Below the pieces are notes generated by a model that saw only the letters and a list, made by a program, of their open reading frames with translations, was not told the origin of the DNA and searched no databases. This document shows, one piece after another, positions 54,791-63,500 of a stretch of 64,000 nt of DNA (within the stretch, counting starts at the first letter, position 1; each line of letters starts with the position of its first letter). The stretch is from Eledone cirrhosa. Taxonomy: Eukaryota. The stretch lies in NCBI GenBank assembly GCA_964016885.1, contig OZ024741.1, positions 325,686,001 through 325,750,000 on the forward strand, given 5' to 3'. The translations under genes and the position numbers were made by a program.

Positions 54791-54796
54791 GTAAGT
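54791..54796 (+). promoter_or_regulatory. 5'UTR donor-consensus GTRAGT (representative)
   Basis: Present near the 5' end of all 7 full-length copies: 2222, 8537, 14439, 23036, 44388, 54791, 60615. Confidence 0.5.
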
Positions 54797-54955
54797 TTTT
54801 AGTTCAATTTTATATCATTGTGTAACTTGACCACCCGTCTGGACCTTCAGGTGGTGGGTCAACTCATTTTCGCCCCTTCAGGGGCGGAATATCCATTTAA
54901 AAAATTTTTCTCCATCGAATCTTGGAAAAAAATATTGTAAAATTTTGATTACGTT

Positions 54956-56872
54956 ATGAACGCTGCGTCCAACGATAATGGTGGTGGAGAGGCGGTAAGA
55001 CTACAAAGCTCGCAGTCAACAACGTCTTCTTCACTAGATACTATAGAGATGGAAAGACAAAATGAAAATAAAAAAACGAATTCACATCCAAACAACACAA
55101 ATGACACCAAACAGCTCAATGACAACAAAAATAACAGCAAAACCAATAATGATGATAAAAGCAACAATGATAACAACAACAAAGAAAAAAATAAAGACAA
55201 CGCCAATAACACCAGCATCAAAGACAACAACAACACCAAGGAAAATACGGATGATACCAACATCGGTGACAACAAGAATAACAACAAGAATAACAACAAT
55301 AATGACAACACCACCAATACGGATTCCACAAAGAAACCAAAAATCTCCTTTGCGGAGAAAGTTCAAAAGAAAGAACAATTGATATATCTCGACATAACAA
55401 ATGCTGAACACCTTTTAAAGGACGCTAAGAGATATGTCACCTTCGAAAAAAATGGTGCTTTCAGCATCAATTCTCCGGTAGAAATTCGCAAGGAAACTGC
55501 TCTCAAAACGATAGTTTTTAGGACAGTTTCCAATTCTACCCGAAAACCAGTCCAATTGTCACAGAAAGATATTGAACTGGTTTTCAAAGATTCAATGAAT
55601 GATATTGCATTCATTCAAAGAAGCAAACTTTTTGGGAGTATTTCGGTACTGATGAAGGATCAATTGACGGCCCAAAATTACTCTGTGTCGCCAATTGTAT
55701 CCAACCTGTACACCTTTTTCCCTACATACATGGGAAAAAGGACACAAAAGATCAGAATCACAAGTGTCACACCAAAGGTGAACATATGGTGGATACTGTG
55801 CGGCTTCATCAATTTTGATGAAGACAGAATACTGTCAGTAGGCAAGTCCCCCAGAGATGTATTCAATGGGACTAGCATTGAAGTTCTGGTGCAAATGAGC
55901 CCAGAGCGAATAGCTATGATCCCACAGCGTGTACTCCTGGACGGACTTACCTACATAAACCTTTCGGTTGAGGGTAGGCGGCCTTCATGTTACCATTGCT
56001 TTAGCAGGGGTCACCTGAGGGCTTCCTGTCCTAAACTAATGAACCAAAAAAAGGCTCTTCTGCCAACACCCATCAAAACAACACAACCACCAACACCACC
56101 ACTACAACAACAACACCAACACACAAAAATAACCACAACAAACACAGTCCCACCCAACCTCACTCCACCTAAAACCACTGCAAAATCACATACAGACACA
56201 ACAGCTCCCCAAGACATACCCCTCCCCAATCACACAGACGATACAACAGATGAGGCTATCTCGCCATCACCCAGTGAAGACGAGGGAGAACCCCATCGCT
56301 CGAAAAGAAAGAAAAGACATCACAAAAGCAAAAAACCAGCAAACACTACCACAAACATACAACCACCAACACAAACAACAAAAATATCACAAACAAAACC
56401 CCCACCTCCTGAAAACAAAATACCTACAACAAAACGAAAGCACACACAAGAACTACAGACAAAAACAAACACAACACAAGAAAATTACACTTACACTTAC
56501 ATAAACACTGAAAACAAAACACTAATGGAGACCATTACGAACGACCCTTCGGTTTTCACCGAAGGGAAAACTTTCGCCCACTCTATAAAAAATAGCAAAA
56601 AAATGAACCTAAAACTGATTAGGGTCCCTATACAAACTTATAGGTCCCTAAAAGAAACATTTGAGAAGGATGTGGGGAATTCCTGCGTGAAACCACTCAA
56701 CCGCGTCCTTCTCAAATGCCTCCCCACCCCAGACACCCCCATTCCACCAGACCCCACCCCACCAAACATCTGCGTCCCCACCCCGCCGGAAACCACCACC
56801 CATCCAGACAACCCCTCCAACACCCCCATGGAAATCGTGCGGCCTGGTCCCCAGGAGGCGAAGGGTGAGTGA
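54956..56872 (+). CDS. E13 ORF1 protein (638 aa; single CX2CX4HX4C knuckle)
   Basis: Open frame, near-identical to E8 ORF1. Confidence 0.93.
   Translation: MNAASNDNGGGEAVRLQSSQSTTSSSLDTIEMERQNENKKTNSHPNNTNDTKQLNDNKNNSKTNNDDKSNNDNNNKEKNKDNANNTSIKDNNNTKENTDDTNIGDNKNNNKNNNNNDNTTNTDSTKKPKISFAEKVQKKEQLIYLDITNAEHLLKDAKRYVTFEKNGAFSINSPVEIRKETALKTIVFRTVSNSTRKPVQLSQKDIELVFKDSMNDIAFIQRSKLFGSISVLMKDQLTAQNYSVSPIVSNLYTFFPTYMGKRTQKIRITSVTPKVNIWWILCGFINFDEDRILSVGKSPRDVFNGTSIEVLVQMSPERIAMIPQRVLLDGLTYINLSVEGRRPSCYHCFSRGHLRASCPKLMNQKKALLPTPIKTTQPPTPPLQQQHQHTKITTTNTVPPNLTPPKTTAKSHTDTTAPQDIPLPNHTDDTTDEAISPSPSEDEGEPHRSKRKKRHHKSKKPANTTTNIQPPTQTTKISQTKPPPPENKIPTTKRKHTQELQTKTNTTQENYTYTYINTENKTLMETITNDPSVFTEGKTFAHSIKNSKKMNLKLIRVPIQTYRSLKETFEKDVGNSCVKPLNRVLLKCLPTPDTPIPPDPTPPNICVPTPPETTTHPDNPSNTPMEIVRPGPQEAKGE
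56865..56870 (+). promoter_or_regulatory. Putative 5' splice donor overlapping the ORF1 stop (representative)
   Basis: G|GTGAGT here and in E8; AG|GTAAGT at 10570, 16508, 62667; AG|GTAGGT at 4285, 46533. Confidence 0.6.
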
Positions 56873-56905
56873 TCTCTTTTCCTCTTTTAACTTTTCAGCA
56901 CCAAC

Positions 56906-59900
56906 ATGGCCAATATAAGAGTTGGATGTGTGAACGTACGCGGCCTGGGGATGCCCTGGAAACAGGGCAAACTCTTAAACGACCTCAGGTCGCACAGTTT
57001 GGATGTGGTAGCCATTTGCGAGTCCAGGATCCACGGCGAGCGACAGCTGGCCCCCATCTTCGATGACTTTGAGATCTACGCATCTCTCTGTCAACCGGGG
57101 GGTGGGGGCGGAGTTGCCGTTTTGCTGCGGAAACACCTGGGCCTCGTAACACAGACGGTACATCTGGACCCGGAGGGTCGACTGGTGGTCCTAGACGTTG
57201 ACGGTAGTGAAGGTGGAGCGTTCAGGCTGGTGGCCGCATATGCCCCATCCGGGACACCGCGGCCAGACTTCTTCAAACGTCTAGAGACTTTTCTGGGAAC
57301 GTCCCGCTCCTTGCTTTTAGTGGGGGACTGGAATGGAATCCTAGATGCACGTTGGGACTATGTGGGAGCATGTCCCGATAAAGGGGGGTGTAACAGCCTC
57401 AAACAGTTAATCGACCGATTTGACCTGGCCGATAGATATCGACTAGATTTTCCGACTGCGCCACTGTGGACGTGGAGTAATCGTAGCGGAACATCTAGAT
57501 CGTACCTAGATAGGGTTCTAGTTAGAAATAAGGATAGGGACATGTTAAGCTGTCCACAAATGTTCATGGTTGCCTATTCATATCACAAACTAGTGACCTG
57601 CATGGCCAACCTTGATAGAACCCATAGACAAGGACCCGGCTACTGGAAGCTGAACTTGTCGTTACCGACAAGCAAAGCCTACAGTAGACGGATTAGCACT
57701 TTAGTTAAACAGCACTTGACAGGGGCCATTGTCAACAACAGATGGTGGTACTCTCTCAAGAGGGCAGTTAGATTAGACTCGATAGTTTTTAGTAAAGAAT
57801 TAGCGTTAGATAGAAATAGAACCGAGAAGGAACTGGTAGATAAAGTAGAAGAGGCTATTAGAAGTGGCAACGTAGCCAGCGTGCTAGCAACGAGAACGGC
57901 CTTGGACCAGTTCTTCGACGCAAAGCACGAGGGCTGCGTTGTCAGAAGCAAAATACGTGCTCTGGGAAACGAGGGAGCCAAAGCTGTTAGCTGGGCCCGA
58001 GTGACGGAGGCAAAAAGTGGCAACAAGTCCACGATTCGGTCTTTGAAGGACCAAAACGGACGCGTGATACGTGAGCCGAAGCAGATGTGTGCGGCTTTTC
58101 AGCGGCACTTTGCTCGGCTGTTCGGGGGGAGCGGCGCGCCGGGAGAGGCTATGGATTTCGGTCCATACCTCGACGGCCTACCGCGACTCTCGGACAGCGA
58201 GGCGAAGTTCTGCGAAAAGCCGATTTCAGCCACTGAGATAGGGGACGCGCTGAGCCAATGCGGCAAACGCAAATCTCCAGGTCTCGACGGTCTACCCTAC
58301 GAATTTTACGTAGCAATGCCGGACTTATTCTCCGGTCTCCTGGAAGCGGTCTACTGCAACTGGCAACAGAACGGGAGAATTCCCAATTCTGTAACCGGGG
58401 GCGTGGTCACACTAATCAGGAAGGACGAGAATAAGGGGGATGACATAGGCAACTTCCGGCCCATAACTCTGCTAAACACAGAGTTACAGATTTTGGCCAA
58501 GGTGTTGGCAAAGAGGCTGGCGCTTGTCGTCGAGAACCTGGTGGGAGAAGCGCAGACATGCGCGATCCCGACCAGGTCCATACACGACAACCTCCACCTC
58601 ATGCGATACATCATAGAGAGGGTAGGGTGTAAACCCGGCTTCGGTGGGGCCCTGATCAACTTGGATCAGTCTAAGGCTTTCGATAGGGTTGACCATCGTT
58701 ACCTGGATGCGGTGCTCGAGGCGGCAGGCTTCGGACCCGTGTTCAGGGGCTGGATTGCTGCAATGCACAACAGCAACATCTGCTCAAGGGTCAAGGTGAA
58801 CGGTTACCTCTCGGAGCCGTTCCATATTACGCGATCCATTCGACAGGGATGCCCTCTCTCCTCCCTTCTGTACGTACTGACTCTCGAGCCACTACTGCGG
58901 AAGCTGGAGCTATTGCAGGGCATCCCTCTGGAACCGGGACTGCGGAAAGCGGCGTCGGCCTACGCCGACGACGTGACAGTAATGGTGTCGAGCGCCTCGC
59001 AAATCGAGGAAGTCGGCACCTTACTAAAGGAATACGAAAGTCTCACAGGAGCGAAGCTGAACCGGGACAAGTCCATCGGTTTGCAACTCGGATCGTGGAG
59101 AGGCAGACCGATGCCTTCCGATGGCGTCGTCGGACGCTGGACGGAAGGACCGGTAAAGCTGCTCGGGGTCTGGTTTGGTCCGGACCTCCAGGTGGAGAAG
59201 AACTGGAACGAAGTGACGGCCAAGGTGTTTGCACTCACCCAGAAGTGGGCCGAGTGCAAACTATCCTTGAAAGGTCGAGCGGAGGTGGCGAACACTTTTA
59301 TAGCGTCCGCCATCTACTACCGCTTGACCGTCGTGCCTTGTCCAGCCAAAACGCTCGCCAAAATGGAGCGCGCCCTCTTCCGATTCCTTTGGAAGAGGCG
59401 GGCTTCTTTGGTAAGAAGATCCATCTGCTGCCAACACCCTTCTAACGGAGGGCTGGGGATGCCGTGGTTGACGATGCGCAAACACGCGCTCAGGCTGCGG
59501 CATCTCTACGTATTCCTCACCGGACAACCGGTGTGGGCCCCGTTCGTGAGGCGAGCCTTCCCACGACTCGTCTCGCTGACCGAGCTGCAGTCCTGGGTCA
59601 AGCAGAGACCGAGGAAAATGGGCGACTGGCACATCGAATGTGCTCAGGCGCTCACAGCCCTCTGGCAGGCGGACCCGGCGATCAGTGGAGACTCCACTTC
59701 GTCATTCTATAGAGGGTTGGTCCGCAGCAAGTGCGACGACGCGCTCGGTGAAACTCTAGGCGTGGAGGAAGATGAACTGGCCAGTCTGTTCGGTAGGACC
59801 TTCCGCCCGGGACCGATGGACAACTTCCAAAAGTCCCTGGCCTGGCAGTGCTACCGAGGAGCTCTACCAGTTCGAGACAAGCTCTACAGACATGGGCGCC

Positions 59901-60343
59901 CGGGCAGGGACCCTGCAAAAAAGATCTGTCCGAGGTGCGTGCGAGACGAAGAAACCGTCGCGCACGCATTCATACACTGCCCGGGCGTCACTGACCTGTG
60001 GGGCTATGTGGAACGACTATTGTCGCGGGTGGGACCAATCCAGTTGACCACCGAGTCCATTGTCATGATCAAACCGCCACCCTCCTTCAAAAACGAAGGA
60101 GAGGCGGTTTTCCTTTGTGTGATAGCTATGGCGAAAGAGGTTGTATGGTGGACAAGGTTGAAAGGGCTGAGGTCAGACACCTTTCTCTCCGGCCAACAAC
60201 TGATTCTTTTTTTCAAATACCACTTTGGAAGAAGAATCAGGATGGAGAGAGAGGTGCTGTACCCCAGCAAGTTTTATGAAAGGTGGGTGAAAGTGGCGAG
60301 AATGGCCCGAGTGAATGGGCCTTCTCTCTATATCAGCCTGTAG
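56906..60343 (+). CDS. E13 ORF2 protein (1145 aa; APE endonuclease, reverse transcriptase, C-terminal CX2CX8HX4C)
   Basis: NVRGL, ICES, GDWN, SYLDR, S(D>Y)H; GPGYWKLN; KSPGLDGLPYEFY; FRPITLLN; LDQSKAFDRVDH; IRQGCPLS; AYADD. These motifs are typical of L1/Tx1-clade ORF2. Confidence 0.96.
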   Translation: MANIRVGCVNVRGLGMPWKQGKLLNDLRSHSLDVVAICESRIHGERQLAPIFDDFEIYASLCQPGGGGGVAVLLRKHLGLVTQTVHLDPEGRLVVLDVDGSEGGAFRLVAAYAPSGTPRPDFFKRLETFLGTSRSLLLVGDWNGILDARWDYVGACPDKGGCNSLKQLIDRFDLADRYRLDFPTAPLWTWSNRSGTSRSYLDRVLVRNKDRDMLSCPQMFMVAYSYHKLVTCMANLDRTHRQGPGYWKLNLSLPTSKAYSRRISTLVKQHLTGAIVNNRWWYSLKRAVRLDSIVFSKELALDRNRTEKELVDKVEEAIRSGNVASVLATRTALDQFFDAKHEGCVVRSKIRALGNEGAKAVSWARVTEAKSGNKSTIRSLKDQNGRVIREPKQMCAAFQRHFARLFGGSGAPGEAMDFGPYLDGLPRLSDSEAKFCEKPISATEIGDALSQCGKRKSPGLDGLPYEFYVAMPDLFSGLLEAVYCNWQQNGRIPNSVTGGVVTLIRKDENKGDDIGNFRPITLLNTELQILAKVLAKRLALVVENLVGEAQTCAIPTRSIHDNLHLMRYIIERVGCKPGFGGALINLDQSKAFDRVDHRYLDAVLEAAGFGPVFRGWIAAMHNSNICSRVKVNGYLSEPFHITRSIRQGCPLSSLLYVLTLEPLLRKLELLQGIPLEPGLRKAASAYADDVTVMVSSASQIEEVGTLLKEYESLTGAKLNRDKSIGLQLGSWRGRPMPSDGVVGRWTEGPVKLLGVWFGPDLQVEKNWNEVTAKVFALTQKWAECKLSLKGRAEVANTFIASAIYYRLTVVPCPAKTLAKMERALFRFLWKRRASLVRRSICCQHPSNGGLGMPWLTMRKHALRLRHLYVFLTGQPVWAPFVRRAFPRLVSLTELQSWVKQRPRKMGDWHIECAQALTALWQADPAISGDSTSSFYRGLVRSKCDDALGETLGVEEDELASLFGRTFRPGPMDNFQKSLAWQCYRGALPVRDKLYRHGRPGRDPAKKICPRCVRDEETVAHAFIHCPGVTDLWGYVERLLSRVGPIQLTTESIVMIKPPPSFKNEGEAVFLCVIAMAKEVVWWTRLKGLRSDTFLSGQQLILFFKYHFGRRIRMEREVLYPSKFYERWVKVARMARVNGPSLYISL
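60320..60343 (+). promoter_or_regulatory. Putative 3' splice acceptor using the ORF2 TAG stop (representative)
   Basis: CCTTCTCTCTATATCAGCCTGTAG|G; CTRTAG preceded by a pyrimidine-rich run in all but the most decayed copy (E9). Confidence 0.55.
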
Positions 60344-60595
60344 GTTGAGGAAAAGGAGGAGGAGAGGAAAGGAGTACAAGCTCTTCGTACTCCTGGAGAT
60401 GAGGGTTGCACATTTTTTTCGGGGGTCTGTGTTACCCATATAAACTGTCTCCCTCTATTGGGGAAAATCGACTAACTTTTAAATTCCATCTGTGATAACA
60501 TTTTACACGTTTTTATTGTATGTAAACTTCCCCCTTTGTATTTGTCCCCTTCTTTTGTGCCCCTGTGGCTAATAAAGAAATATATCTTTCTGTCT

Positions 60596-63500
60596 AACGT
60601 GTGGAATATCGCCGGTAAGTTTTTTGTTAATTTCTATGCAAAAAACCGATCTAATTGTTTGAAAAAAAGACAACACTTTGTAGATTAACCCCCAAGCTGA
60701 ATTGTCAGCCGGGTGGTAATCCCATTTTTCGCAAATGTAGGGGCGAAAATTTTATTTAAAAGTTTGTTTTAAAATATCAAATTTTACAAAGTAAAAAAAA
60801 CTTGAGCAACACTAGAACGCTGGAGAACGTTAATAGAGAAAAGAGAGAGAAAGAGGCAGATATTAGCGTTATATCTGCTTCTACTGCTATGGACGTTGCC
60901 ATAGATACTGTCACAAAAGAAAAAAATATATCAACATTTGAAAATGTTACAATTTCTACCGCCGAAGCGGAGAAAAATGACAATAACACACGGGAAAACA
61001 CGGCAAAAAAACCCATTGACATACATACACATGAAAAAGACATCAACAACTCTACAGATACATCTACACATAAAATTTCCAACAACGATAACATCATTAT
61101 TAACAACAACATCATACAAAAAAAGAAAATGTCTTTTGCTGACACAGTCAACAAGAAACAAGATTTTATAAATCTTGATATCTCCAACGCAAGGGATATG
61201 CTCCAGCAAGGGAGAAAATTTGTAACTTTCGAAGAAAGAGGTGGATTTAGAATTAACTCACCCCTTGAAATAAAGGAAGACACAAACCGCCGATCAGTCA
61301 CTTTTAGGACTGTGTCAAATTCGTCAAGAAAACCGACATTTGTTAATCAGTCAGATATAGAAGATTCTTTCAAGGAGATTCTAGGAAATGTCGATTTTCT
61401 CCAGCGAGGAAAACAGTACGGAAGTGTTTCCGTACTGTTTAAAAGCGAGGCACTGGCCCCAAAAAACTCTGTGACACCAATAGTGTCAAAAGCATACACC
61501 TTTTTCCCTACATACATGGGGAAAAGGACACAAAAAATAAAAATAAAAAACATACCTCCAAGCATTAACATCTGGTGGATCTTGGCTGGCTTCGTAGAAC
61601 CAGAAACAGATATAATACTTTCGATACGAAAATCCATTCGACAAAGGTGGGCGGGCACCGATTTGGAGATTCTGTTGCAAATGAAACCGGAGAGAATCTC
61701 CAAAATACCCGAAAGAGTCGTTATTGATAATAACAACAAAATAAACATTTCGGTAGAAGGAAGAAAATTTCACTGCTTTCGCTGTGGTAGCACATCTCAC
61801 CTAAAAGCCTCTTGTCCACAAACACACAACAGCAACATCATAAAAAAAACGCTATTACCAACACCAAAACAACCACCACCACCACCACAAGTACAACGAC
61901 AGACGAAACGAGCAACCACACCAAAACAAACAGACACTTAACCAACAACAACAGAAAAAACAGAGACAACACCCCTGAAGAACACATCCCCACTCCATCC
62001 CACTCCATCAAACACTACCACAAACACACATACCGAAACACCACCACCACCACACAACATACCCTTACCCCACACACCTGACGATGATTATTCATCGACG
62101 GATGAAGCTGCTTCTCCTTCTTTAAGTGAAGAGGGAGAACCGCGGAAATCCAAAAAACAAAAAAAGAGACACCACAAAACCCCCAGAACTCCAATCACCA
62201 ACACCAACACACAACCACAGACACAAACAACAACACAAACAACACCACAGTCAAACATCCCCCTATCAGCAAAACCAGCACCAACACCACCCCAAACACA
62301 AGCACCCACCATAAAAAGAAAACTCCCGGATGAACAACAAACTAAAACAATACAACAAAAACACAAACAACAATACGCATACATCAACACAAACAACAAG
62401 AGTTTGATGGAGGTCATCTCCCAAAACCCCAAGGTGGAGACGGAGGGCAAAACTTTCGTCAAGGCAGAATCGTCTCCACACCTTAAACTTATAAGGGTTT
62501 CTATGGAAACCTATAAAGACCTGAAAATTAAATTTTCACAGGACGTGGGCAACCCCTGCCACAAACCCATCAACCGCGTCCTGTTGAAAGGTTTCCCCAC
62601 CCCACCCAACACCCCATCCAGCACCCAAATGGAGATTGAACAACCCGATCTCCAGGAAACGAAAAGGTAAGTGCACCTTTCGTCCCTTTTCGCCAACTTT
62701 TCTTCACCAACATGGCTGGTTTACGAGTTGGAACCGTGAATGTGCGTGGCCTAGGGATGCCCTGGAAACAGGGCCAACTTTTAAACGACCTTAGGTCACA
62801 CAGTATGGATGTGATAGCCATCACCGAGTCCAGAATCCACAACAGGCAGCAACTAACCCCCATCTTCGACGACTTTGAGATCTACGCATCTCTCTGTCAG
62901 CCAGGAGGTGGAGGTGGAGTGGCTGTCATGTTTCGGAAGAACCTGGACGTCGGAGTACAGCAAGTACACTTGGGCCCGGAGGGTAGACTGGTAGTCCTAG
63001 ACGTGAACAGTATCGGAGGTGGAGCCTTCAGACTGGTGGCCGTTTATGCCCCGACCGGGCAATCGCAATCACGGCCAGACTTCTTTAAGCGTCTAGAGTC
63101 TTTTCTGGGAACGTCTCGCTCCTTACTTTTAGTGGGGGACTGGAATGGTATCCTAGATGCACGATGGGACTATGTGGGAGCATGTCCCAGTAGAGCGGGG
63201 TGCAACAGCGTCAAAACTTTAACTGGCCGATAGGTATCGATTGGATTTCCCGACTGCACCACAGTGGACGTGGGTAAACCGCAGTGGGACATCTAGATCG
63301 TATTTAGATAGGTTCTTCATTAGAGAAAGGGACAAGGATATGTTAAGCTGTCCACGAATGCACATGGTTGCCTATTCAGATCACAAGTTAGTCGTCTGCT
63401 TAGTCAACCGTGATAGAATACATAGACAGGGTCCCGGATACTGGAAGCTGAACGTGTCGTTGCCGGCACGTAAAGCTTACAGTGAACGGATAAGTAAACT

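Larger units (their letters stand above)
54737..60580 (+). mobile_element. E13: full-length copy (subfamily C, ~5.84 kb) with both ORFs open
   Basis: 219-nt 5'UTR, ORF1 638 aa, 33-nt spacer, ORF2 1145 aa, ~237-nt 3'UTR, AATAAA 60571-60576. Confidence 0.97.

Noticed and set aside
56865-56898. 34-nt GT-AG mini-intron fusing ORF1 to ORF2 in C-type copies
   Set aside because: Very short, the join puts the ORF2 ATG out of frame (G+CA CCA ACA TGG), and most other subfamilies lack the AG.
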